A stretch of DNA of 64,000 bases from an uncultured Planctomycetota bacterium (GTDB taxonomy: Bacteria; Planctomycetota; Planctomycetia; Isosphaerales; Isosphaeraceae), in the NCBI GenBank assembly GCA_963823665.1, contig CAWGMQ010000010.1:1888001-1952000 (forward strand), given 5' to 3'. The position numbers and the translations under genes were made by a program. The notes beneath the pieces were generated by a model that was not told the DNA's origin, did not search any database, and worked only from the letters and a program-made list of their open reading frames with translations. Positions 10,211-20,586 of this stretch are shown here, in pieces. Position 1 is the first letter of the stretch; each line of letters opens with the position of its first letter.

Positions 10211-11579
10211 ATGCTCCCGCTGGACGACTTCATCGCGCACGTCGCCGCGTCGGGACTGGTTGCGCCGGAGGTGCTGGCGCAAGTGCGCAGCCAGATTGAA
10301 CCCGAGCCGGCGGGTGAGGCGTCCGTGCGCCTGGCGCGGCGGCTGCTGGAGCACGGCTGGTTGACGAGCTACCAAGCGAAGAAGCTCCTCGGTGGTGCCA
10401 CCCGCGGGTTTTTTCTGGGCGGATACCGGCTGATGAGACCGATCGGAGAAGGGGGGATGGGGAAGGTGTACCTGGCGATCGACGATCGCCGGGACCAGGT
10501 GGCGATCAAGGTGCTGCCGCCGCGAAAAGCGGTGGCGGAAGAGAACGCACTGCGGCGCTTTCGCCGCGAGATGGAGCTATCGCAGCGCTGTGTGCACCCG
10601 AATCTGGCCCGCACGCTTGCGGTCGGGAGCGATGGCGATGTGCATTTCATGGTGATGGAGTACATCCCGGGGAAAAGCCTCTTCGACCTCGTCAAGAATG
10701 AAGGGCTCGGTCCGCTCCGCGTACCCGATGCCGCCAAAATCTTCCTGAAGGTTGTCGACGGCCTCGAAGCGGCGCATGGCGCGGGCTTGGTGCATCGCGA
10801 TATCAAGCCGTCGAACATCATGATCACTCCGCTGGGCGAAGCGAAGCTGCTCGACCTGGGTCTTGCGCGCGCACTGGACGACGAGAAGGGGCTCACGCGT
10901 GCCAACACGGTGCTGGGCACGCTCGACTACGCGAGCCCGGAGCAGCTTCGCGACGCGGCCAAGGCCGACGCCAGGAGCGACCTGTACAGCCTGGGATGCA
11001 CGCTCTACTTCGCTCTTGCGGGGAGCCCGCCGTTTGAGGGGGGCGACATCATCAACAAGATTTACAAGCAGCGGATGGAGGACCCGCCGCCTCTCGAGAG
11101 CCGGGCGCGCGGCGTGCCCGCCGCATTTGCAGCGGTCGTGCGCAAGTTGATGAGCAAGAATCCCGACGAGCGGTATCAAAATGCGGCCGAGTTGCGCGGA
11201 TCTGACGCGCTGGACCGACCCGACACGGGTCCGCGCGATCCTGGGGGCTGAAGCGGACGCCGCCCGGAGTTTTCGACCGCCGCCGCCTGAGCTCGGTGAA
11301 GATGACCTTCGCCTCCTCGACGACGAATCGACCGTGAGCAGAGACCAGGTCTCGATCCGGGACCTCGGCGGCGCGGAGCCGTCGGTTGCTCCCCGCCATC
11401 AAGCACCTGAAGCCCCCATGCGTGCATTGGTGCGTCATCGGGAACCGTCCGAGTCCATGCACCGTCCATTTCCACAGTCGGGCAACGGCGACACGCGCTG
11501 GCTGGTTCATTTTGCGATCATCGCGGCGGCAACGGGGCTGATTGCCATCCTGATCATCGCGCTCTTTCTCCGATCTTGA
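10211..11579 (+). CDS. Ser/Thr protein kinase with C-terminal TM helix (frameshift near 11200)
   Basis: GEGGMGKV, VAIK, HRDIKPSN, DLG, GTLDYASPE; continuation ORF 11181-11579 ends in a hydrophobic helix. Confidence 0.9.
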
Positions 11580-11661
11580 GTCAATTGGCGCGAAACATGC
11601 TCTCAGAGCATCGGGCTATGGGCGTTGACTTTTCAAATGTTTCGGTTGGGATGGCTTTCTC

Positions 11662-11886
11662 ATGCTAAAGGTTGATTCTGGATCGGTTTCCGCCTCTTGT
11701 GTCGACAGTCGTGCTGAACGACCGGGCAATGCGGAGGTTCCCGCGGTGGTGGAAGTTGGGTTGCTGATGCCTGCACATTGGGCAGCCGCGTTGATTGAGC
11801 TGTCAAAGGTACGACAGGTGAGCGTCGCCCAGATTTTGCGCGCGTCCGTTGCACAAACTTTGCGCGATGTTGGGGTGGCTGTGTAA
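11662..11886 (+). CDS. Small hypothetical protein, possible ribbon-helix-helix DNA-binding protein
   Basis: VVEVGLLMP..WAAALIELSKVRQVSVAQILRASVAQTL has a strand-helix-helix pattern. Confidence 0.55.
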   Translation: MLKVDSGSVSASCVDSRAERPGNAEVPAVVEVGLLMPAHWAAALIELSKVRQVSVAQILRASVAQTLRDVGVAV

Positions 11887-12047
11887 GATTTGCCGAACGT
11901 TTCTTTCTGTGCGGCATTCGCCGCGCGATTTCGCCGATCGGCCAACCTCCTTCGCCGACTGACATTTCTCGGTTTTTCTCAAAATCCCAAAATCCCGATA
12001 CAGGTCGTCGAATAGGCGGCTGCGCCGCGATGCTGCTGTGCGCTGCT

Positions 12048-12185
12048 TTGAGCCGAGTTGCGGCTCGGCTCAACGGGAGCGAGAGTGAGATTGGACCCTC
12101 GAAGTTAGATCGTGTGCAGCACCTAGATTAGGTGCAACCCACCGGCCGTAATGCTTTATCGGATGGTGGGTTGCACCCACCCTGC
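12048..12185. repeat. Two REP-like intergenic palindromes
   Basis: ttgagccgag/ctcggctcaa (12048-12073) and ggtgcaacccacc/ggtgggttgcacc (12131-12177), both perfect stems. Confidence 0.75.
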
Positions 12186-12420
12186 GGAAAGACCCGACGC
12201 GTTCGCACCCGAACGGTCTTCAGGAGAGTTCCCGGCGCTTGAGACAGGCCCGCGATTGTTTCTCTCACAATGTTTAAGAGAATCGACAAAGACGTCCGGA
12301 ACGAGATATAGATCTTGTCAATCGATTTAGTAGACAATAAGATCGTGAGCGACGGGGCAATCAGATCCGCGTACAAGCAGACCGACGAGTGCGCGACGAG
12401 CGCTTCGAGGCGAAAACACG

Positions 12421-15111
12421 ATGCGTTCGACCGTTTCTGGGATCACTCCAAGCGAGGTAGCTTCAGGCAATGAGACCGAAGCCAAGCTGGCTCGACTTTG
12501 GGCGAACGTGCTCCGGCTCGACCACGTCGTTCACCACGACAACTACTTCGCTCTGGGCGGAAACTCGCTGATGGCTGTGAGTCTGATCGCTCGGATCGAG
12601 GCTGAATTCGGGGTAAGGCTGCCGCTGACATCGATTATCCAAGCTCCGACTGTCCGTGAGTTTGCTCGGCTGCTCGAAACCGGCGGGTCGCATGAGCCCG
12701 TCGTGCTGGTGCGGGCCGGGAGCGGTGAATGGCCACTGTTCCTGGTTCACGACGCCGATGGCGAAACGATCCTGTATCGCAGCCTCGCGTTCAACCTGAA
12801 TCCGACGCAATCCGTCTATGGTCTCCAGCCCTACAGTCAGCCGAGCCATCCGATGCTGCATACGCGCATCGAGGAGATGGCGGCCTACCACATCACGAGC
12901 ATGCGGAAGATTCAGACGCGTGGTCCATATCTACTCGGCGGACTGTGCGCCGGGGGCATCATCGCCTTCGAGATAGCCAGGCAACTCGAGCGAGCCGGTG
13001 AAACGGTGGCGATGGTCGCGCTCATGGACGCCGCGGACGTCGCCGCGAAGGAACAGCCGATTCGATTTGCCAAGAAAAGGCTCGAACGACTGTCGGCCGC
13101 ACTTCGCGAGGGGCATGATGTCGGGAAACTGCGCCGCGTTGCGCAGGCGGCACGGGTGATCATGGGGAAAGCCGTCAGCTTTAGCCGCTACGCGATCTCG
13201 AGCCGGGTTGGGGCGATCCGCAATCAGGCCACGGTGAGCTCGTTCCGGCTTTGCTTGAAGCTCGGTGTCCCCGTTCCTGCTTTCGTTCGTAACATACCCG
13301 TCAGAACGTTATACAACGAGGCCAAACGCTTCTACCGGCCTTTGACTCCGATCCGCGGCGAGCTGTTGCTGCTGAGGGCATCGAGCGGCGTTGGCGACGA
13401 TGCACCGCACTCACATCGCTGCGCTGATCCGCTCATGGGGTGGGAGCCGCGCACGACACACGGAGTGAAGGCCTTCGACGTTCCCGGCGGCCATTCGAGC
13501 ATGCTCCAGGAGCCAAACTCTCGAATGGTCGCGGAGATCATCGAGAAGTACGTCGATTCCGCCGCAGAGCGTCTGATGGTCGGATCGAAAAAGGCCGGAG
13601 CGGCGGTTGATAACGCCGCGTCAGGGAGTGTTCCTCGCCACGGAGTCGTCGATTCGGTATCCGCTCAACCCAACGGGAAACCTTCTGAACTCGTGAGCAA
13701 GGTGCCCGCCACAACCTACAAGTTCTTGCTCTTGTCGGCGAGCAGCCGCGATCAGCTTGAATCCGCCTCGGCCCGGCTGGCCGGCTATCTTGATCGCGAT
13801 GCCGAGACGGAGCCATCCGATGTGACCGAGATTGCGGCCGCAGGAACAAACCAATCAGGGTGGCGCCAGGCGGTTGTAGGTGCGAACCGTGCCGAGCTGG
13901 TCGAGCGGCTGCGTAAGGGGATTGGCCCGGGGGTCTGGACGAGCTCCGAGCGGGTCGTCCGCAGGGACGTGGCGTTCATCCTCGCCGGCGTAGGAGAGCA
14001 GGGGGCGGGGGTCGGACGCGATCTTTACGATGCGGAGCCGGCCTTCCGCGACGCGGCCAACGACTGTGCAGACCTCGTGAAGCCAATTCTGGGCCGGGAC
14101 CTGCGCGAGGTGGTGTTTGCAGCCCGGCAGTCGACGGGGGGCTGGCTCCGGGGTGGAAACAGCGGCGTGCTCAAGGAGACGCAGGTCGCGCAGCCCGCGG
14201 CGTTCATCCTTGACTGGGCACTGGCCAGAATGTGGATGAACTGGGGTGTCAGGCCATCTGCGGTGCTCGGCTACAGCGTGGGCGAGTACGTTACCGCGGC
14301 GCTGGCCGGAGTCGTGGCGATGAATGACAGCCTCACGATGCTGGCCAGACGGGCACAGTGGATCGATCAGCTCGCGGAACCGGGCGTCATGCTGGCGGTG
14401 GCGGCCGGTGAGGCGGACGTCTCGCCTCGACTGGGGGACGGGGTCTGGCTTGCGGCGGTTAACAGTCCGCAGGCAACGGTCGTTGGCGGACGTTCGGAAT
14501 CGATCGAGCGACTGGAGGGCGAGCTGCAGTCAGCCGGGTTCGCGACGCGCCGGGTGGTCTCGATGCACGGGACCCACACGCCGTTGCTCGACGCGGTGAG
14601 GGGGAACCTGCTGCGCCTGGCCGAGGGAATATGGCACGCCCCGCCACAGATCCCGATGCTTTCGAATGTCACCGGAACCTGGCTCACCGCGGCGGATGCC
14701 GAGGACTCCGGCTACTGGGGCGCGCACATGTGCGGAACCCTGCGTTTCGAGGCGGCGATTGCCGAATTGCTGCAGGCGCAGGACAGGGTGCTGCTGGAGA
14801 TCGGTCCTGGGGCCGGCCTGGGTGCGATGGTCCGCCAGCACCCATTGTGCAGCAGAGACCAGGCGGCGCGCACGTTTTCAAGCCTGCCATCGGCGTGGGA
14901 CCGGGCGAGCGAGCGGGAACACGTCGCGGGCACGCTCGGCAGGCTGTGGGTAGCCGGAGTGGATATCGACTGGAACTCTGTCACGACGGGAAGGAAACGA
15001 CAACGCGTGGCGCTTTGGGACGTCTCGGCCGAGGAGCAACCGATCGTGGCGGATTGCGGGCTGGAAGCTGTCAACAGTGGCGAATCTCTACGTTTCACCG
15101 GTCAAGGGTGA
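12421..15111 (+). CDS. Multidomain protein: carrier (PCP/ACP) - thioesterase-like - KS/AT linker - acyltransferase; no KS domain
   Basis: LGGNSL phosphopantetheine site; PLFLVH, GGLCAGG, PGGHSSML (TE); AQPA, GYSVGE, AAVNSP, SNVTG, LEIGPG, LGRLWVAG (PKS AT). Confidence 0.9.
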   Translation: MRSTVSGITPSEVASGNETEAKLARLWANVLRLDHVVHHDNYFALGGNSLMAVSLIARIEAEFGVRLPLTSIIQAPTVREFARLLETGGSHEPVVLVRAGSGEWPLFLVHDADGETILYRSLAFNLNPTQSVYGLQPYSQPSHPMLHTRIEEMAAYHITSMRKIQTRGPYLLGGLCAGGIIAFEIARQLERAGETVAMVALMDAADVAAKEQPIRFAKKRLERLSAALREGHDVGKLRRVAQAARVIMGKAVSFSRYAISSRVGAIRNQATVSSFRLCLKLGVPVPAFVRNIPVRTLYNEAKRFYRPLTPIRGELLLLRASSGVGDDAPHSHRCADPLMGWEPRTTHGVKAFDVPGGHSSMLQEPNSRMVAEIIEKYVDSAAERLMVGSKKAGAAVDNAASGSVPRHGVVDSVSAQPNGKPSELVSKVPATTYKFLLLSASSRDQLESASARLAGYLDRDAETEPSDVTEIAAAGTNQSGWRQAVVGANRAELVERLRKGIGPGVWTSSERVVRRDVAFILAGVGEQGAGVGRDLYDAEPAFRDAANDCADLVKPILGRDLREVVFAARQSTGGWLRGGNSGVLKETQVAQPAAFILDWALARMWMNWGVRPSAVLGYSVGEYVTAALAGVVAMNDSLTMLARRAQWIDQLAEPGVMLAVAAGEADVSPRLGDGVWLAAVNSPQATVVGGRSESIERLEGELQSAGFATRRVVSMHGTHTPLLDAVRGNLLRLAEGIWHAPPQIPMLSNVTGTWLTAADAEDSGYWGAHMCGTLRFEAAIAELLQAQDRVLLEIGPGAGLGAMVRQHPLCSRDQAARTFSSLPSAWDRASEREHVAGTLGRLWVAGVDIDWNSVTTGRKRQRVALWDVSAEEQPIVADCGLEAVNSGESLRFTGQG

Positions 15112-15173
15112 GTCATTCCAATCGCCGCGGCGAGGCCGGGGCGATCGAATTCTTCAACATGGAGCATCAACGC

Positions 15174-15434
15174 ATGAGCCTTGACGACATCAAACGGAAA
15201 ACCAAGTCTTTCATTTCAGGCAGTTTCCGGAACTTTGACCTCAAAGATGACGACGATATCTTTTCCCTCGGCCTGGCTAATTCGCTTTTCGCGATGCAAC
15301 TGGTGATGTTTGTCGAGAAGGAATTGGAAGTGAAGGTGCATGACGACGATCTCGACATCGATAACTTCCGCACCGTCAATGCGGTCACGGGCCTCGTGAC
15401 GAGGAAACTCGCGGCTGTGCAGGCCGTCGCCTGA
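15174..15434 (+). CDS. Stand-alone acyl carrier protein (FkbJ-like)
   Basis: DDDDIFSLGLANSLFAMQLVMFVEKE..DLDIDNFRTVNA, the NSLFAM type seen in extender-unit ACPs. Confidence 0.9.
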   Translation: MSLDDIKRKTKSFISGSFRNFDLKDDDDIFSLGLANSLFAMQLVMFVEKELEVKVHDDDLDIDNFRTVNAVTGLVTRKLAAVQAVA

Positions 15435-15621
15435 CGATCGAAGGCATTGTGCGGCGGGTGCTCACGCCCGGCGCTGCCCGCGCGCCGGAGGCTTTCGGAC
15501 GCGGTTTCAAGACCTATACTCGAGCGCGACGCTCGGGGCTCCGGCCCCATTCTGCGCACTGCGCTAGCCAATGAGACCCAAACTTTGAGGCGCGATTGCT
15601 GCCGCTCGAAAGAAGGGCGGA

Positions 15622-16786
15622 ATGGCTCGCGAGTTCGTGATGAGACCGGAGTTGAGCGCTGCTCAGAAAGATGCACAGGCACGCTATCGTGAATTCGTGC
15701 AGGCGGAGATCACACCCCACGCGGATCGATGGGACAGCGAGGGGCGGATACCGCCGGAGCTGATAACCCGCATGGGACGGGAGGGGTATCTCGGTGCTTT
15801 CGTGCCGGCAGAACGCGACGGGCGCGGCATGGATATGGTGACCTTCGGCATCCTGAACGAGGAAGTCGGGCGTGGCTGCTCGTCGGTGCGCAGTCTGCTT
15901 ACAGTCCACGGGATGGTCGAGCACGCCATCCTGCGCCTGGGGGAGCGAGGAGCAGAAGAAGCGTTGGCTGCCGCGGCTGGCGACGGGCGAGGTGATCGGG
16001 GCGTTCGGGCTGACCGAGCCCGGTGCCGGCAGCGATGCCGCTGGAGTTGAGACCAGCGCCACGCGATCCGAGGGATCGTACACCTTGAATGGAACCAAGG
16101 TGTGGACTTCGTTCGGCCAGATCGCGGATGTCGTGCTCGTCTTTGCACGGCTGGAAGGCAAGATGACCGCGTTCCTGGTCGAGACGCGGAGCCCCGGTTT
16201 TTCTACCACCCCGACCACCGGGCTACTGGGTACGCGAGCAGCCATGCTGGCCACTCTCCGGATGGAATCCTGCGCGATCCCCAAAGAAAACTGCATCGGC
16301 GGCCCTGGGTTCGGATTGAGCGCAGTCGGCTCGGCGGCGCTGGACATCGGCCGCTACAGCGTTGCCTGCGGCAGCGTTGGCATCGCCCAGGCCTGCCTCG
16401 ATGCCTCGATCAAATATGCTGCTTCACGCGAGCAATATGGCAACTTGCTCATGGACCACCAGCTCATCCGGAAGATGATCACCGAAATGGCCGTGAACGT
16501 GAGCGCGGCACGAAGCCTTTGCTATCGCGCCGGCTATCTCAAGGACACCGGTGATCCGCGGACCCTGCTCGAGACGCTGATGGCCAAGTACTTCGCGTCT
16601 CGGGTTGCCGTGCAATCCTCCAGCGACGCAGTGCAGATTCACGGTGCCAACGGGTGCGGCGGCGATTACCCCGTGCAACGCTACTATCGTGACTCCAAGA
16701 TCATGGAAATCATCGAAGGCAGCTCGCAAATCCTCGAGATCAACATTGCCAAGCAGTTCTGTGACGTCTATGGAGGCGCATCATGA
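15622..16786 (+). CDS. Acyl-CoA/acyl-ACP dehydrogenase (FkbI-like; frameshift near 15940)
   Basis: GRGCSSVRSLLTVHGM, AFGLTEPGAGSD, LNGTKVWTSFG, AVQIHGANG, MEIIEGS. Confidence 0.9.
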
Positions 16787-17844
16787 GTTCCGGTTCCGCC
16801 GTGGCGCACGTCGATGAAGTGTCAGAACAGGCAGTGAAATGCCTCGTCTGGGATCTCGACAATACACTGTGGGACGGAATCTTGCTCGAGGATCCGGACG
16901 TCCTGCTGCGGCCCGAGGTGCTCAATTTGCTCCGTGCGCTCGACGAGCGCGGCATCCTGCATTCGATCGCGAGCCGCAACGATCCTGAGGACGCTTTGAA
17001 GAAGCTGAGGGAGTTCGGACTCGCGGATTATTTTCTCCATCCGCAGGTAAACTGGAATCCCAAGTCCGAGTCCATCAAGGCCATCTCCGAGAATCTGAAG
17101 CTTGGCCTCGATACGTTCGCGTTCATCGACGACCAGCCGTTCGAGCGCGCCGAGGTCTCGTTCGCACACCCGAACGTGCTGTGCATCGACGCCACAGAGT
17201 TGACCACGATTCCCGACATCCCGCGGATGCATCCGCGGTTCATCACCGACGAATCGAGGACACGGCGGCACATGTATCGCAGCGACGAGCGCCGGCAGGA
17301 GGCGGAGAAAGAGTTCACCGGCACGAACCAGGAATTCCTGGCCGGCCTGAAAATGGTCTTCAGCATCTCAAATGTGGGCGAGTCTGACCTCAAGCGCGCC
17401 GAGGAATTGACCGTCCGGACCCACCAGTTGAATACGACCGGCTACTCGTATTCATACGAAGAACTCGACGCGTTGCGCGATTCGCCGGACCATCTTCTGC
17501 TCATCGCCGGACTGGATGACGTGTTCGGCACATATGGCAAGATCGGGCTTGCGGTTGTCGAACTGGGGCCGGAAGTCTGGACGATCAAGCTGCTTTTGAT
17601 GTCGTGCCGGGTCATCGCGCGCGGAGTGGGCGGCGTATTGCTCTCACGGATCATGAATCTGGCGAGGGACGCGGGAGCAAAGCTCCGCGCCGATTTCGTG
17701 TCGAATGACCGCAACCGAATGATGTACATCACCTACAAATTCGCAGGCTTCCGTGAAGTCGAGACGAGAGGCAGGGTATCCGTGCTCGAGAACGATCTCG
17801 AGAAGGAACAGGCGTTCCCGGACTACATCAAGGTGCACGTCTGA
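16783..17844 (+). CDS. fkbH: FkbH-like HAD-IIIC glyceryl-ACP synthase
   Basis: KCLVWDLDNTLWDG, SIASRN, FIDDQPFER, RTHQLNTTG, LLMSCRV (conserved Cys); ATGA overlap with the upstream gene. Confidence 0.92.
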   Translation: MSSGSAVAHVDEVSEQAVKCLVWDLDNTLWDGILLEDPDVLLRPEVLNLLRALDERGILHSIASRNDPEDALKKLREFGLADYFLHPQVNWNPKSESIKAISENLKLGLDTFAFIDDQPFERAEVSFAHPNVLCIDATELTTIPDIPRMHPRFITDESRTRRHMYRSDERRQEAEKEFTGTNQEFLAGLKMVFSISNVGESDLKRAEELTVRTHQLNTTGYSYSYEELDALRDSPDHLLLIAGLDDVFGTYGKIGLAVVELGPEVWTIKLLLMSCRVIARGVGGVLLSRIMNLARDAGAKLRADFVSNDRNRMMYITYKFAGFREVETRGRVSVLENDLEKEQAFPDYIKVHV

Positions 17845-17926
17845 CGCCCCTGCGGGAAAGGCTCTCAGCCACGCGGGCAGCGTCGCATCGACCGAATTGA
17901 TTGTTAACTACATCGGGGCCTTGGTC

Positions 17927-18961
17927 ATGAAACTCTACATTGTGATCCTTTGTTATCGAGTGCCCGATCTGACGATCGATTGTCTGCGCTCGCTCAGCAG
18001 CGAGATCGGGAAGGTACCCGGGGCAAAGGTGGGCCTTCTCGAAAACGGTTCCGGCGGCGACTGCGCGGAACGGCTCCGCCAGGCGATCCGCGAGAACGGC
18101 TGGGGATCTTGGGTTGAACTGACAACAGTCCTCGTGAACCTCGGCTTCACGGGGGGAAACAACCTGCTGATCCGCGACGCGTTCCAGTCTGCCGATCCGC
18201 CCGAGTATGTCCTCCTGCTGAATTCCGACACAATCGTCTGGGAGCACGCGCTTGATGCCCTTGTCGATTTCATGGACAGCCACCCGCGGGCGGGAACCGC
18301 CGGCAGCCGAATGCTCAACCCCGACGGCAACGTAAGGGCTTCGCCGTTCCGCTTCCCGGGCGTTCTCACCGAGTTCGATCGCGGACTGAGATTGGGGATC
18401 GTCTCGAAGCTCATGTCTCGCTGGGCCATCGAGCCGCCCAAGCCCCAGCAACCCACCAAGGTCGACTGGGTCTCCGGGGCAAGCATGATCCTCCGGCGAA
18501 CGATGCTGGAAGAAATCGGATTGCTCGATGAGGGGCTCTTCACCTACTTTGATGATGCCGATCTGGGCATCCGGACGAAGCGAGCTGGGTGGGAGACGTG
18601 GTATGTTACTCAGAGCCCCGTCGTCCATCTCGGCGGAGCCTCGACTGGCTTGACTGCGAAGGCCGTGGCGCGACGCCCGGCTTACTGGTATCAGGCCCGC
18701 CGCCGGTTCTTTTTGAAGAACTACGGCAAGATTCGCACAGCACTCGCCGATGTCGCATTCATTACCGGGTATGCGCTCTGGCGCCTCAGGCGAATCATCG
18801 AGCGCAAGGCCGTTCGGGACCCGGAGTACATGCTGCTTGACTCGATCCATCAGAGCGTTTTCTGGGCGGGATTCCGCTTGAATACGGTCGAGAACCCGGC
18901 GCTCAAGGAAGCGAACCCGTCCACGGAGTCAAGTGGCAAGTCAGTCGGCGCCTCCGCGTGA
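17927..18961 (+). CDS. Glycosyltransferase family 2
   Basis: IVILCY, ENGS, NLGFTGGNN, LLLNSDT, DWVSGASM, LDEGLFTYFDDAD, VVHLGGAS. Confidence 0.92.
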   Translation: MKLYIVILCYRVPDLTIDCLRSLSSEIGKVPGAKVGLLENGSGGDCAERLRQAIRENGWGSWVELTTVLVNLGFTGGNNLLIRDAFQSADPPEYVLLLNSDTIVWEHALDALVDFMDSHPRAGTAGSRMLNPDGNVRASPFRFPGVLTEFDRGLRLGIVSKLMSRWAIEPPKPQQPTKVDWVSGASMILRRTMLEEIGLLDEGLFTYFDDADLGIRTKRAGWETWYVTQSPVVHLGGASTGLTAKAVARRPAYWYQARRRFFLKNYGKIRTALADVAFITGYALWRLRRIIERKAVRDPEYMLLDSIHQSVFWAGFRLNTVENPALKEANPSTESSGKSVGASA

Positions 18962-19083
18962 CCGCGCGCTAGGGCTCAACGAGCGCGACGTTTGCGTCGG
19001 ATGGCATCAACCGTCATGGCGCCACCTCGAACTGCACCGCGCGTCGGGATCTTTCTTCTTTTGAAATTGAAAGGGGCGAGTTC

Positions 19084-19746
19084 ATGCGCATCAAGTGGTA
19101 CGGCCACGCAGCGTTTCTCGTGGAAACCCAGGGGTTGCGAGTCATTCTCGACCCTTACCGCTCTCCCGATTCAGGGGGCTATCTGCCGATTGACGAACCG
19201 GCCGATCTGGTGATTGTCAGCCACGAGGAAGATGTTTACCACAGCCATATCGGGCAGATCGTCCCGCCTTTCGAACACGTCAAAGCACTCGAAATACCCG
19301 AGGGGGGTGAGGTGAAGAGGGGCATTCGATTCGAGACGGTCCATGTCTACGAGCACGCTGATCGCAAGCCGGAGGAGAAAGTCACGATCATTCACTTTCG
19401 CTCGGAGGGCATGCACCTGGCCTTTCTGGGCGATCTAGGACATTCGCTCACCGAAGAGGAAGTCGCGCCGCTGCGAGGGGCGGAGATCGTGTTGATCCCG
19501 GCCGGAGGGCCGCCGACGATCGACTACCCTGATATTCCCCCACTCATTGCCGAGATCGGTCCTCGGCTGGTTATCCCGATGCACTTCAAGACGCGCAAGA
19601 TCAACCTCAACATCAAGCCGGTGATCAAGTTCCTCGAAGCGATGCCGGGTGAACCGGTCCTCCGGATTGGTACGAGCTCGATCGACGTCACGCTGGATAC
19701 GCTTCCGGCAACCCGGACCATCATGGTCTTGGATTACGCGAGATGA
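19084..19746 (+). CDS. MBL-fold metallo-hydrolase-like protein
   Basis: WYGHAAF, LDPY, VSHEEDVYHS (degenerate HxHxDH), FLGDLGH, VIPMHF. Confidence 0.85.
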   Translation: MRIKWYGHAAFLVETQGLRVILDPYRSPDSGGYLPIDEPADLVIVSHEEDVYHSHIGQIVPPFEHVKALEIPEGGEVKRGIRFETVHVYEHADRKPEEKVTIIHFRSEGMHLAFLGDLGHSLTEEEVAPLRGAEIVLIPAGGPPTIDYPDIPPLIAEIGPRLVIPMHFKTRKINLNIKPVIKFLEAMPGEPVLRIGTSSIDVTLDTLPATRTIMVLDYAR

Positions 19747-19866
19747 ACCAGTCGATCCGCCGAGGCACGCGTTCGCTGCGCGAGCTTTGCGCGAAGTTCG
19801 TGTGGCGTGTAAGATTTGCCGGATGTCTGCTTTTCGCGGGGTTGGCTGCGCGGGTGCGACGGCCGG

Positions 19867-20586
19867 TCAGTCTTCCTCCACGTAGCGCCATTTCTCGGTG
19901 AGTTTCCGCTTATAGGACAGTGCGTAGTACGCGTAATAGCCCGGGGGCCTTCGTCCGCTCCGCTCGAAGCCGGAATGGCCGCCTTGACTGGGATCCGTGA
20001 TCAAGCGGATGCCGCCCGTGAAGACGTTGACATCCGAGCCGACGATTCGGAAGGCACCCGCCCACTCGGGATCTGTGACGGGATTGCCGCGGCCAACTCG
20101 GTCTGCGAGTCGGTCGAGGGCTGGTTGCGAGGCCAGGAACGCGAGCTGAAAGGGCCACTGGCAAACCAGCATCGTGAGTGGGGCGAGCGTAAGGACCAAG
20201 TTGATCGTCCGCCGCAAAACGCGCGATCGTAAGGAGATCAAGGGTGCGCGATCGGGTGGCCTGGACCAAACTGCGCCGAAGCCGAACGTCAATGGCATGC
20301 CGAGGGCGCACGCGCACATCGAGATCAGAACCCCGACAAGCCAAGAAGAACAGATTGGTGCAACGAAGCAAGTTGTGTTTGTGACGATGGCCGCGGTGGC
20401 GAACCCGAGGGCCGAGACTCGGCGAAATGGGCGGGCGGCGAGCCAGAGGCCGCGCGTAAGCGCGAAGCACGATGCCAGCAGACCGCAGCCGAGCACCTGG
20501 GAAAACGCGGCCTGAGAGCGCGTCGCGAAGAGCACCACCGCGGCTGCGGCGATCATCAGCATGATTGTCCGGAGCTTGAATCGCAT
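19867..20586 (-). CDS. Hypothetical multi-pass membrane protein, tandem paralog A
   Basis: MRFKLRT N-terminus, several hydrophobic helices, C-terminal domain shared with 20727-21443. Confidence 0.85.
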   Translation of the reverse strand: MRFKLRTIMLMIAAAAVVLFATRSQAAFSQVLGCGLLASCFALTRGLWLAARPFRRVSALGFATAAIVTNTTCFVAPICSSWLVGVLISMCACALGMPLTFGFGAVWSRPPDRAPLISLRSRVLRRTINLVLTLAPLTMLVCQWPFQLAFLASQPALDRLADRVGRGNPVTDPEWAGAFRIVGSDVNVFTGGIRLITDPSQGGHSGFERSGRRPPGYYAYYALSYKRKLTEKWRYVEED

